Source of the DNA: Massalongia carnosa
Taxonomy: Eukaryota
Assembly (NCBI GenBank): GCA_965645245.1
Contig: OZ287069.1
Location: forward strand, 434,001-498,000
DNA length: 64,000 bases
Direction of reading: 5' to 3'
The position numbers and the translations under genes are program-made. Below the pieces are notes generated by a model. The model saw only the letters and a list, made by a program, of their open reading frames with translations. It was not told where the DNA came from and did no database searches. Of the stretch, positions 13,230-26,117 are shown piece after piece (positions within the stretch are counted from its first letter, which is position 1; every line of letters starts with the position of its first letter).

Positions 13230-15592
13230 ACGGGGTAAATGCCTGCAATGACCGCTCCCACACCTCTCGCACCACATCGATTAGATGAGCTTTCCAGAAG
13301 GCAGGTATGGGGAAGAGATATAAATAGACCAAAAAAAAGAGGGGGGGGTGTGCTGCCGGTGGGTGCCATGTTGTGGTTCTGTCTACATTATCTGGGAGGC
13401 GTAGAGAAAGAGGGAAAAGAGTCTTTGAATATAGTACCCCAAAGTTTCTTTCCTGTACCGATTGTATCCATATTTCCCCCCTTTCACTCCTGACTCTTCG
13501 AAAATGTTTTTTCCCATGGGTGTGAAGAATTACATAGGTAGATTGGACACTTTCCCCCAATACATGGGAAGGAATCTTTTACGTTAAACTGGATTATGGT
13601 TTTATTTATGGCTGATGGATAGATTACCCCCAACCTCCCCTCTTTCTCCCCTGATTGGGATTTTTTTTAAAAAAACACATACCGCGCTTCGGAATAGGTT
13701 TCACTATGGGGGGTGAACAAATAGATGCCGAGAGTTAATTGATGGGAATTCTTTTTCCACAGCGGGAAGGAATCTTACGTTAACTGGGTTATGACCGATA
13801 GATAGATTACCTTCCCCCCAAGGCGAGAATTTACACCATCCATCATCCTTCCCCTCCCTCCCTGTCTCATATAAGGTACCTTTGGATATCTATCCTCACC
13901 CACCTCTTTTCTCTCGCACGAAACGCGAAGGAAAGTTCGACCATCCACGGGTTGTGGTTGGGGAATACCCCCTGCTGGATACTCTATCCTTAACATACTT
14001 GTTGTGGTGGGATAGAAAGCGCATGCTCTCCGAGGTTTAATTGTTCCGTGTCGGAGGAAGGGAAGGGGGCTCATAAAAAGGGTTCTGACATCAGAGCAGC
14101 TTGGCATCATTCATATATTCAGCAATACCAACAGCCTGCCCATCGAGCAGTAGTATTTCTTTTGTGTCCACTGTAGGCCCTCCGAGCCTGGTGTTCAGTC
14201 GAGCTTCCCACTCCTCCGCTATCTCTACCTGCTCCAGGTCATCTCATTCGCACTCCCACCTATTACCCCTTCTCACTATCCGGGGGGGGAGCCGCGACAC
14301 AAAACGAGAGTTTCTCTGTTCGCTCGTTTGTCTGCATACTTAGTAGGAAAGGGGAGGGTTTCTGATCCATTCGAGTGGGTGGGTGGGGAGGTAGTAAGGA
14401 GGTAAGTTAGTAAGTTGGAGATGGGATAGGTGATGTTGATGTTGATGTTGTTATATACTGGGGAAAAAGTCAAAGTTGCTATTTTGACTATTTCCTTTCC
14501 TTATTCTCTTTCGGTGCCCGCAAGCGAAGAACTTGTAGTTATCCAGCCAGCCATTCCTCCTCCTATATTTTCTCCCTGTATCCTGCCTAGCTTTGAGAAA
14601 AACCGTTCTTTCGGTTTGATGAGCATACATACATGCCATACGTCGGGTTTACTTTCATTCCGAGAGACTTTTGTCTAGGATGAAAATAGGCAGACCGTAA
14701 ATCGAGTAACACCCACGGGCGGAACCAAGAAGGGAAAAGAGGCAGAAAAAACACTTGCTCGCTAGCCACGAGTTTCTTAGCTGAACGTGCCGAGGTTTGA
14801 GAAAGGTTGGTTGGATCGGGGAGTGGGTGGATGTGAATGAATCATGCTTCATCCTTTATGTCTAGAGGGGCAACTGATAGCATTTATAGATAGGTAGGTA
14901 TATAGAAGATTTTTAGGTTCGCTGGTACGCATTAATTGGGCTGCCCCATGCTCGTTTGAGCCACTAGGCGCCTCTGTCGTCGATTAACGAAGGGTTTGAA
15001 AGCTTTGAAGAATTAAAGAGGTTACCAGATGGATGAGCGACCCGACAACATCTAGGAAACCTCTTTTGTAGTGGCATTCGGTCGGTAACGGAGGGTAGTA
15101 CAGTTTAAGCCGAAATCTTCATATCCAGTGCGCTTGAATCCTCGTACACGCTTTTGCTTCGCCCACCATCAGACGCTTCATCCTTATGGCCTGCCACTTT
15201 TAAGCGCCTGCGTAGCAGTTGATCCAAATGTGGTGGTGGCAAGAGTTGCCTGTCCGAAGAGACACGAATGTAGAAGACCAAGAAGAGGTAGCCCGTTTTT
15301 GCCAAGAGCCTGACCTACGACGCATTGGTTCATGATGATATTGGGATAGCAATACCAGCAGAACCGACACAGGGCTGGCTCCCAACAACTGCATCGGTGC
15401 TTAACGGTAGGGCAGCAGACCGGATGCCGGAGGCCGGATGCCGGGGACAGGTTGCCAGAGACGAGCGAATCGACTGCTCTTTAGTGATTTCAATCCCAAT
15501 ACTACAGGAGTACCTAAGAACGACAAACCTTTGAAGAAAGCATAATCCTGTTGTATCTGCAAAACCTATCCACCAAATTCCTGGGACATGGT

Positions 15593-16877
15593 CTATCCAC
15601 TCACGACCATCCTATCCAATATCTTTCGAACACCTTCCCCACGTCCGGCTCCTTCATCCATGACATCAATCATGGCAATAGCCTTCTCCTTGAGATCCCG
15701 CAGTGTTCTTCTGCAATATTCAAAACTCCCCGTACTTTCCATATAGCTGACTGCGTACCTTTTTACCACCTCGTCGGTGGTTTTTTGTTTTAGTATATTG
15801 ATTAGCTGGAGATTTTGTGGATTCGACCGAATGCTATGGATGATAGGGAATGAGAATTTTCCTTCGGTGAGATCTTCGCAAAGCCCTTTATTTTCCGTGT
15901 ACTCGGTGCTCGAAAGGTTCATGTAATCATCACGGATCTGGAACAGGAGGCCAATTAGATTGACAAGTGGCACGCAATCCCTATAGATGTCAGCATATCC
16001 AGTTAAAAGGGCCTTCCAGTAGACCATACGTATTGTTGCTGCTTTCGGCCTGCATGAGCTGCACAGCCAACCTGAACAGACCTCCAGTCTTATTGCTCAC
16101 CATCTCCAGGTAATCCTCTTCGCTTGGGCACGTCAGCGTATCACGCCAGAAAAGATCCATGCCCTGCCCCCGATGTAAATTGCACAGCTCATCGGTATAT
16201 ATTTGAATGGCGCTAGGGTTTGCAAGTTTTAGTAACTCTTGCAGGGCACCAAAGTAGACATAATTGGCTGAGTTTATTGTCTGCGCTGTTCCGAAGATGC
16301 TGTGCGCAACGGGTATTCCGCGACGCAAAAGTGAGTTATCTTCAACATCATCAACGCTACAAAACCTTAGCATGCAAAAAATACCGATGCGTTTGGATTT
16401 CCATCAGACTCACAGCAGAGACGCAGTGTGAAGCATCCCCACTACCTTCGTAATTATTACAAGGCTCTCCTCCGGAACTCTGAGCCATTCGTTGAATGCC
16501 TCAACGAGCTGCTTCCGTATATCCTTCCCAGGATGATCAAACAGATATTCGTATGGCCCGAGTAAGATTTTTTCTTTTTCTTGTGACCATGGCTTCCTAT
16601 TACCACGTCTGTGACCATCTCCAATCGTCAATGGAGGGTCTGGGCCAGGCGGGCTTGATGAAGATGCTGTGGTATGAAGCCTCCGGCTTGGGTTTGGAGC
16701 TATCCAATCGCCTTCCGGCACTGGTTTCAGAACCAGTTTTGTTGGGCTAAGGTAGCTCATGTTGAGACCTGTTGAACTGGTGCGGGGAGGAATAGCATTT
16801 GGGGATGGACAGTTCTCCGACATTAACATCATTGGTTTACTCCCTTCAGAAACAGAGGAGCGAGGGGTTTCAAGCAT
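15593..16877 (-). CDS. Geranylgeranyl diphosphate synthase (al-3/Bts1 type), 3 exons
   Basis: HPGKDIR, first aspartate-rich motif [27 protein letters not shown], second motif [20 protein letters not shown]. Confidence 0.92.
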
Positions 16878-17425
16878 TTTGATGACAAGAGGTGCGCTGT
16901 CAGATCGATAGTGAAGATTGGTAAAGGAGACTGATAGCAATTACTTCCGAAAGATATAGGGAAAAGATATGCATAAAACCAAAGTAAAAAGATACTCCGA
17001 GGTCACATTAATTCGAATGATGCTGCCTAAGGATATAAGATAGTACAGCGTATCAATGGCGTAATTGTCACACTGTCAATGCTTTTCCAGTGCATCATGC
17101 GTCATAAAGTTAACTTTAATGGTAACATAGTCAGGCAGCGGTTGGTGAAAGGCTGCCACTTCTAGCTTCTTTGACGATGCAACGAGAAGCCATGAATAAG
17201 ACTCTTCCAAGCTTTGCGAGGCTATCTTCTAACTTCTAGGCTTCACTATGTCCAGTGGCCATGGCTTACCGGACAGAGCGATCGGCCACTTGTCCCGCCG
17301 GACCCATATCTAATGCCCAGCCAACGAGGTTTGTTTACGCGGGATGATTTACACAGAACCTCGGTACTAACGATTCATCAAGACTTTGATCTTAGGATTC
17401 CTTAAGCTTCAACTCCTCACCCAAA

Positions 17426-18490
17426 ATGGAATCATTACTCTCTCTCTCCTTTGACTATCTCTCCTCCTTCGACGGAGTCAAGATAAAAAAGGGTTTGCGA
17501 CAGCTTGAGGGGCTCCTGGCGCAAATATGTCTCTCAAAAGCAGCAGCCACCTCAGCAGCAGAACGGCGACGATCAATGGCTTTCGGCGCGCCTTCCGAGC
17601 AATCCCCCAAAGAACTGGCGTCACTGAAAGACGACCCGGCATTCAGGGAATTCTTCAAGCTACAGGAGGGCTTTGAATGGAATGGTGGGTGCAGCAAATA
17701 ACGGCATGAATCGGCTTTTTTGCATGACCGCTGAGGAAGTTGAAACAGTGGCCATTAGACTTATCGCCTGCCTAGAGCGGCTTCTTGGGAAAGGAAGCAG
17801 TAGGATTCCTGCTCCTTAAGATATCAATTGAGGTAAAGGGGCCAAACGCTGATATCACCCAGACGGCCAAAACGACCTTCTCATAGTCTCCACCCTCGAC
17901 CTCCTCCAAGGAATCCTCCTCATGCACCCCCCCTCACGCGCTCTCTTCTCCCGAGAAATCTACATGAACGTTCGTCTGCCCCCTAACACTTCAAATCTAA
18001 CTATCTACTAATAACTCATCCCCTTCAAAAGCTCCTCCTAGACCTCCTTGACCCTTCCTCCTGCCCTGCCATCCAATCAGGCACCCTCCTCGTCCTCGTT
18101 AGCACTCTCCTTGACCAACCCCACAACACACGAACTTTTGAGAACCTCGACGGCCTACTTACCGTAACCTCGCTGTTCAAGACCCGTTCCACGAGCCGCG
18201 AGGTGAAGATGAAACTAGTTGAGTTTCTGTATTTTTACCTCATGCCCGAGACTCAGATGACGATGATGGGGAACGGGAGCAGCGGCACATCGGCGATGGC
18301 GGAGAGATTCCAGCGGAGTCCAAGCAAGCGATTAGGGAGGAGTGGTAGTGGTGGTGGAGTTGGGGGCGATGAGGGGGGGACAAGGACGACGGAGGAAAAG
18401 CAGGCGTTGTTGGGGCGGTATTTGAATAACGTGGAGGACCTAGTGGAGGATTTGAGGGAGAGCGCACCGTTTGGTGCAAATCTGACCTAA
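17426..18490 (+). CDS. Septation initiation network subunit Cdc14 (S. pombe Cdc14 / A. nidulans SepM type; not the phosphatase)
   Basis: MESLLSLSFDYLSS...KKGLRQLEGLLAQICL, DPAFREFFKLQEGFEWN, KMKLVEFLYFYLMPE, RTTEEKQALLGRYLNNVEDLVEDL; multi-exon. Confidence 0.8.
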
Positions 18491-18696
18491 AGGGAAATTG
18501 GTCCCAGTGGAAATTGTATTCTGGAGGTGTTTAAGGGAAAGGAAAGCATTGACATAAGCGACTAGCATTTATCGGGAGTTGAAGGTTGGTGCTAGCAGGA
18601 CCTGAAAGGGCACTTGAACACCTCACCCTGTTGAGCAGCAACGGGTGTTCGTCATCATTCGAAAATTTAACAGATACGATGAAATATTGGTATTCG

Positions 18697-19992
18697 CTAT
18701 GCCTTCACTGGAAAATAAGACTCTAATATCCTCACCCTATGCTGCACCAGATTCTCAAATCTTTTCAAGCCCCGGATCATACGCGTGTTTTGCCAGTCCA
18801 TCTCTTCATCCAGCAAGACATTTGTATAAGCATAAACGCTCGCATCAAACAAGCCTGGCTCCTCGGCAGCGAAAAACCATCGATTCTTGCCGAGAAGTTT
18901 CGACATCGCCGAAAAAGCTCGCTCGCACTCCCTGTAGAGCAATTCGACATCGATTAATGGTGCATAGTAGAGAAGCTCCGACTTGGCGGCTAACCACAAG
19001 TTGTGAGCGAGTTTTTTGCGGACAAGGAAGTTGGAGGAGCAGGAGGTGATGTAAAGGGGATAGGCGACTCTACTAAAGTTGGAGGGTTCGATGTAAAGGA
19101 AGTAGAGCTAAATCTAATGTTAAGATCACAATTGAGATCTAAGAGCCTGGAATTTTTACCCATGCATTGCGTATTGGTTTGTCAAGCAGCGCCATGTAAG
19201 CCTCGTATTTGGTGCTGGAAGGCTCCTCCCACAAGTTTTCTGGCCTCTTTATCTCCAATTCTTGATCCTGTTTCGTAGAATGCCCTGCACCCACTAGATA
19301 CATCAATATTATAATAGGCTGTCCGAAAGGGAAATGCGGATTTACCAGTTGTGTCTCTCCATGCTGCTACAGTTGAGGTAGGTTCGCTCTTTTGATCATA
19401 TTTGGCCACGAGAGATCCGTTAGAAAACTCATGATTGTTTTGTTTACAGGTTGAGGGCTGCAGCTTTGAGGCTGTCTTCTGTGCCTTCACGCAAGCCCAT
19501 CGTTGTAGTTTTGTTGATGGTATAGCAGTGCTATTCTCTGTGGCAACCAACACCGAGCAAGCGGGGAGAAGGAACGGTAGGGCTCCTGTAGGAGATGCAT
19601 GGTTGTTTGAGGGGACTGTAGAGAAAGGAATGGCCTTGAACCTTAGATATGCCTGAAGAGTTGAATTAATATGTGGTTACCACACCAGGGCGTACTGCAG
19701 GCGATTTATTTACCTGCCATTTGAGACAGGCAGGGTTAAAGGACGGAGACCCAAGCTCTGCTGCAATACTTGTAGTGAATACATATAGATTATTTTTGGT
19801 TCGATCGGGAGTTATTCGTTGGGGAAGTTCATTTAGAGCATATGTCTGCAAAGGAAATCGATTAAAGAGGCGCTTTATGGGTTCTGGAGTGATGAACCAT
19901 GGCCATCGAGTCTCCGACCGTAAGCTTCCTGATTGAGCCGTTTGAAGTGGTTGAGCAGGCTCCTTTTTAGAGCTTTCGCCATGTTGTGGCAT
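18697..19992 (-). CDS. SAM35: Mitochondrial outer membrane SAM complex subunit Sam35 / metaxin-like (GST fold)
   Basis: PEPIKRLFNRFPLQTY, PSFNPACLKWQ|AYLRF, SNNHASPTGALPFLLP, C-terminal AFSAMSKLLG...WFF...PGLFDASVYAYT; several introns. Confidence 0.75.
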
Positions 19993-21086
19993 TGTTTAGA
20001 TTCTATATTCATCAAATTTCAAGAACTCGGATCTGAAAACCTTTCAGCCCTACAGGCACAACCTGGCCGACTCATCTCTCCTTTTCTTTCTATTCGCTAC
20101 CTGCTCATTTATCATCCTCTCCTTCACTTTCTCCGTTCAAATCGAAGGGTAGGTGCACTCGGTCTATTTTTATGATTCAACTTGACCAGGTTCATTGCTC
20201 GTCTTCAACCCAGACAGCCAAGTCAACGCATTGGCATTGCTTTGCTAGCATATCATCTAATGGCCCAAATATGCATAACATGAGAAAGACACTCCATTCA
20301 CTTCCAAAGCTTTTGGACATGGTAACAACCTAAGCCTTTGCCCGTTTATACAGTTGAAAAGAGATTTCATATTTATATTCAATGTCTACTTTCACGAGCA
20401 AAAGACTTGTTGCAGTAGAGCGGTACTCCGTACTGCGAACCCACAACACAACAACTTTCAAAGCTAAAATATGCAGAACCGTGGTATCGGCGAAGCTATA
20501 TGCCGTTCGCTAGTGAGAACCATTCAAGAACCTTTTGTTCTGTATGCGACCACGCGGAAGGGCCTCGACCTGGCTTTTCAGGCAATTTCAAAAGATATCC
20601 TGACCAGATACCCCCAATTAGATATTGGTGACTCCGCAAGCATCAGAAATCTAGCAAAATCTATCAAGAAAGACTAAAATGGTCTTGATGTGCTAATTAA
20701 CAATGCTTGAGTATACTTTGATCATGAATATTCCTTGGAGAATGTCCACCAAACACTAGATATCAACTACCGTGGAACTTTAGAGGTAAGATTATAGTAA
20801 GCTAAGGTAGTCCCCCGTCGCATCTTCGCTTCAGGCTTTCAAATTAGTGGTAGATGTGTGAGACCTTCATCCCTATCATGGGACGCAATGGGCGCATCGT
20901 CAACGTATCCTCTACACTCTTGTCTTTGAGGCGATACGATGAAAAGATCCGACAGCGCTTTAGAGAATCGCGGGGTCTGCAGGATTTGGAGAATCTAACT
21001 AATGAGTATCTGGTAAGCTAGAGCAAGCGCTAATTCCCATCTCATCACATTGACCCAAGGGGGATACTAAGGCCATAACAGGGGTA

Positions 21087-22907
21087 ACGTAATTTACCCT
21101 CATTCGGGTCAGCCCCCCATTCGGGTCAGCCACCCAATCGGGTCACCCCACCAAAAAAAAAAAACCTTCGCCCTACACCAAAGAAAAATATTACATTGCT
21201 TCCACCATCCCCAAAACTAACTAAAAACATTACTATCCATCTGCATTTCCTTCCATACGGCCTTTGCGAACTTTACTTTACCATTTAAAGCATGGTACCG
21301 TTCCTTTTGTTTGGCCAATGCTTCTTCCTTCCTCTGTTTTTCCTCCGCAATCGCCTGCCCTTCACCCACAGTCAGCACCCTCGCTTTAACACCCCCCTTT
21401 CTGGATGCTTTTTGACGTCCCTGAGCCTTTTTATCAATCAGTTCTTGATTGGTGTGTCTTAGAATAACCCTATCAGCGACGGCATTCAAAGCAGTTGTTT
21501 TAAGCAACTCAACATGCGCGCGAAGAGATGGAGTTATACAGGATATAAGGGCATCGCTGACTTCCTGGATTCGCTGCTCCGTTTGGGGGGCATCGGTGAC
21601 GGTGTTTGGATAGGTAGGAGGTGTGATAGGCCTAGGCAACTTGCCTAGAACATGCCCTGGATTAAATGGGATGAGGCCTGCCCCCCGCCATGCACTCATG
21701 ATGTTAGTAGTAATGGCCTGTTTCCTAGCCACCTGAATAAGGCGCAAAAAATCTAGCTTAGAAATAGTCACAGCCCCGTAACGTGATTGGCTGGAAACGA
21801 GTTGTTTATAGGCCTTAGATAAAGGGCCAAAACACCGACATCCAGGGGCTGCAATAAATGAGTTGAATGTGGTGGCAAACAAAGGGGTATGATTTTCTCT
21901 TGGGCACAAAACTCCATAAAAGGAATGGAGACGTGACTCTCATGGCCATCTACAATTAGCATCCTATACATGCCTCGTTCAGGTTTTGTATGCTTATTGA
22001 ACACCGTTTGCAACCAATGAAGGCCTATCTCCGCATCCGTCCAACCATTGCGACTGACCCGAACGGTATCTGCCTTCGTCTCCATGGCATCATACCATGC
22101 AGGTTGAACTTGGGCACCTTGGAAAATGATATAAGCCGGAAGAACTGTTCCGCGGGATGATATGCACTCAATAAGAGAAACCCAGTCCCTATTTCCCGGA
22201 TGCACATTGAATGGTGTTGTTGTTCCTTTGATTATGACCTTCGAACTGTCTGCGATGCCCATAGCAAAGCCTTTTTCATCCATGTTGTAAGTATCTTCAT
22301 CTGAAATCGCATATTTGACCAAGGTGGTCGTGTACAATTCGAACCAATCACGCAAAATTTCGGGACTACCAGCGTCCTTTCTGGATTGATCGAGGTTTCT
22401 ATTGTATTTGATTTTGAAATCGGGATGCCTTTTCAGGAACTTTTGATACCAATGACGACCCAACGGATTTTTGTCCCCTTTGGCGTTCAGGAGACTTCTG
22501 GCCATGCCTTCCAAATGTTGGATACGAGGCGGCCAACCCCATGAGGTCATCCGCTCTATCCAATCAATCAGAGCCTGTTCTTCGTGGACGGATAGCCTTT
22601 GGGCGGCTTGATGATAGTGTTTTGCGGCCCGCCTGCCTTTGAGCCGGGCCTGTAAAGTCGACTGAGGAACTCCGTAAAGGCGCGCTATTTCCCGCTGCGA
22701 AATGCCCGGATTTTTGGCTAATTCTTCGATAGCCAACTGTAATCTAGTAGCAGAGTCAATTGTAGGCATATTAATGGACATTTTATCTACAATTAATAGA
22801 TAAAATATATGGTGGTGGTGGATAAACAGGATAGAATTTTTTTCGGTCGCTAGATTTTAATGGGGTGACCCGAATGGGGGGCTGACCCGAATGAGGGTAA
22901 ATTACGT
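21087..22907 (-). mobile_element. Fot1/pogo-family DNA transposon (Tc1/mariner superfamily), 1821 bp
   Basis: Perfect 42-bp TIRs (ACGTAATTTACCCTCATTCGGGTCAGCCCCCCATTCGGGTCA), TA target duplication at 21085-21086 and 22908-22909, internal transposase. Confidence 0.95.
21217..22781 (-). pseudogene. Fot1-type transposase (psq HTH, CENP-B HTH, DD35D) with one frameshift
   Basis: YNMDEKGF, LIVDGHESH, LLQPLDVG triad. The reading frame shifts at the T-run 21829-21832, where GVFGPL is split between ORFs 21768..22781 and 21217..21909. Confidence 0.9.
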
Positions 22908-23732
22908 TACGCGAAGAATTGCATCGAAGCTCAACATGGATGGCCAAAACAAGCGTATGGGGTCAGCAAAGCAGCCGTGAATTTCTTTACGGCTGTGCTG
23001 AGTCGAGAGCAACCTGAATTAATTATTAACGCTTGTTGTCCTGGATGGATTTCGACGGATATGGGAAGAATAGGAGACTTAAAGCCAGTCAAAAGCCCAG
23101 GTAAGCAGATTGTAGAGCCTCGAGAACACTTTAGATTTAATGGAGAATTGAAGTGGATGGAGCCAAGATCCCTATACGACTCGGCTTCAAGGATATTGAT
23201 AGGATCACAGGGAGATTTTGGGCCAACCCTTTTTCTTCCGGGAGAGGTGAGGGTCAGATTATTGACTGGTAGAGTTGGCTGCTTAAAGGAGATGTTTTGC
23301 TATGGAGCCACCACACGAAAAGAAGTCGTTGAGGGAAATTTTGAAGCTGTTATACTGCGAATCAGGGGTGAGGTGTCTCTATGCTTTTGAATATCCGGCG
23401 AATTACAGAGTACTCGTACCATTCGAAGCAATGATGTTCTTTACCGCCTAGTTCATGCGGGCTAGCGTACCGAATCCCGGCAATACCCGGGAACAACTAA
23501 TCCCCCACTTGAATCTATTCAGAGGAGAATTGACGTGCTACCCCACGAAATACGGAACTAGTGACTATGAAATATCTGAAGAGCTGACCGGACATTCCTA
23601 GCTCGCTACAACATCTGACATATTCCATTGTTATTCCCCATACAATTTTTCAACTGGCTCAGTTGAGCGCTGTTCTTCCTCCTTTGAACAACCCATGAAT
23701 GAGAGCCTGTTCGGGGCGGCACCATCTTCTTC

Positions 23733-25454
23733 ATGCCTACAGACGAGTTTGGAGACAAATGGGCCTGGTAAGCTAAACCACTTTCTTACCTGGGCATGAC
23801 CATGCAACAAGTTCTTCCTCTGCTTAGGTATGCATCTAAGATATTTCCAGTGAACCCTGCATTCGTGGCCATCGCTCGACAAAATGCGAACATTTCGATA
23901 GATTCATGATGAGGGTAAAAAGACCCGGAAGGCCTTTATCAACCTGCCCACATGCCAAGGCACAGTGTACGTGTGGTACGGAAAAGGTGATCATGATCAG
24001 GATGCCCAAAGGTCAGAAGCCGTGCGCGAATATGCTTTGCAGGACATGAACAGATTGGTCTCTAATATGGTTTAGGATCGGGTTGTCACTGTGTAAGGGC
24101 TCCGGTATACCCACAAGTTACTGACCAAGATGGGACGCCCCAAACGACTGTTTCTCGTGCTCCAATAACCCCTAATCCTGCACAAGCACCTCTAGCCGCT
24201 ATTAATGCTCTAGTACAAGGATCAAATGATGAATCATTTGAGCCATCCCTCGACCCTCCTAACTTTCCGCACCCACAGAAGCCTGAGCTCTCAATATCTG
24301 TCTCAAATCACCTTCGTCAAACTTCTGGATCTGCGATCGTCAATGAAAACCTATTTCTGCTTACAGAGACCCCATCCGTTGATGCCCAAAGAGTTCCACA
24401 GAACGACAGACTTCCAGCGTCTCCGCTTTCAATGGGACGTACAAGACAAAACCCGGCAAGTCGCAGTATACTAAAAGAGAACCAGGATAGGGTGAAGTAT
24501 TCCGGTTCTAAAGCAGATAACCAAACTGAAGCTGCAGAACCTCAAGTGAAAAATCATTGTTGCTGCAGCAAGCCTCAGGAATCCCCTTCATCGCCAGCTC
24601 TCGGAAGTTTTCATCAGGATTTACCAAACACACAAACTTTTTCGTCAACGGCCAACCCGAGCTTAAAAACATCCACGTACCAGAATTCTTCTACAAGGCT
24701 GATAGAGCCTATTTCAGATAATGCTAAATCCCATAATCACGTACCCTATACCTCAGGTTTTGCCCAATTTTATAGTCCCCATACCACCGTATACAGCATG
24801 CCCGCGACGTACGCAACTGCGGAAAACCCATTAACTCAAAGGCAGCAAGCATATTTCCAACGGAACGCTCATATATATTCTCAACAGGTCCCCCATTATG
24901 CTCCTCATGGTGTTATTGGATCAGCCGCACCTCCTGCCGAAGGAAACGGCATACTCAGTCTCGCCCACACCTGTACCTGTGGCCCAAGCTGCCAGTGTGT
25001 TTTCTGTGTTGCTCATCCCTATAACGCACCAACAAGAGACCGTGTTCAGTCCCTAGCTCATCTACTTTCAGATGATGGGGAGTATGGACCCAAAAGCCCT
25101 CTAAAACCGACCTACGGTCCACCCTTTCATAACGTTGTGAATTCGAACAACACAGAATCTGCGACGCATCGTATGCACATCGATGATGTACTGCATCCTT
25201 CAAATTTGAACCAACCTGAAGGGCTTTCCCCTGAACGATACAACGAAGTGAGTCTTTCGGAGTTGCCTACCACTAGCCTAGACGAGGCTTCGCATCCAGC
25301 AGTTTCATCTTCGGGTTACCTGACAATGGAGTACGAGTATGACTCGATAGAGCTAGGAGGTTGTACAGACGCCTCGGGGACATGCCGATGCGGAAATTCC
25401 TGTACCTGTGTTGGTTGTCTGACTCATTCTGGTCACGATGGGGAAATGCTCTGA
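23733..25454 (+). CDS. Copper-fist DNA-binding transcription factor (Ace1/Haa1/Cuf1-like)
   Basis: Spliced N-terminus MPTDEFGDKWAC|EPCIRGHRSTKCEHFDRFMMRVKRPGRPLSTCPH (intron 23768-23850). Cys-rich clusters CTCGPSCQCVFCVAHP and CRCGNSCTCVGCLTH in ORF 24432..25454. Confidence 0.85.
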
Positions 25455-26117
25455 TGCATGCCGCATGGATGATCACGAGCTAAAGATTGTTAAATGGAAC
25501 AGAAATCTCGGAGCGAATGTAAGGACGATGAAACCTTTTCCAAGCAAGCATGTGATATAGGTGTTTAGCTCATCATGACTACATGAGCGTTTACGAGCTA
25601 TACCCCCATCAGTTGGCGTTTTATTCTCTGGAGTCTTCCTCAGGAAGTGAAAACCGTAGGGGGGCTTGGTTGCAGGGCATGAGTTACACCTGGGTCATAT
25701 GGACATGAGCCCCAATTGATCTTTCTGGGTTTCATGTTCATGCTGTAAATGTAAGGGATCATAGCTGATGTTTTCCGATAGGTAGTGAGGTGGTAAACTA
25801 TTTCAGAATTAGAACAAGTAACCCACGGCCTCACACTGATGCTCAAGATTTCGATGATTTGCTTGGCTTGAATAGTACTATTTTCTGGTTTCATCTATGT
25901 GTGTTGCCTCTAACGGTTTCATTCAACCGCTATTCACTCTCTTGTTCGATTCGATCTATCATTTAACCTACCATCTTCATGCGCATACTAGTTATTGCTT
26001 ATACCTTTGTATTACTTTTAAACAAAGGATCTTGTTCTCAGCATTGAAACTGGAACAACCTTTGCTTGCAGCTTTAGATTTCGGTCCATCCCCAGTTTTA
26101 CGTGCACACTCATCAAG

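Larger units (their letters stand above)
20382..23272 (+). pseudogene. Short-chain dehydrogenase / carbonyl reductase pseudogene, interrupted by a Fot1-like transposon
   Basis: NRGIGEAI Rossmann remnant, LDVLINNA* (TGA where Gly is expected), TAA at 20675-20677, GRIVNVSS. After the insertion the frame continues GWPKQAYGVSK (YxxxK) and NACCPGWISTDMG. Confidence 0.85.

Noticed and set aside
12618..13277. 219-aa minus-strand ORF with a hydrophobic stretch
   Set aside because: Antisense shadow of the Smr gene's CAG/AAC repeats.
15593..23272. GGPP synthase plus SDR as a possible terpene biosynthetic cluster
   Set aside because: Neighbours are housekeeping genes (Cdc14, Sam35), no cyclase or P450 is present, and the SDR is a pseudogene.
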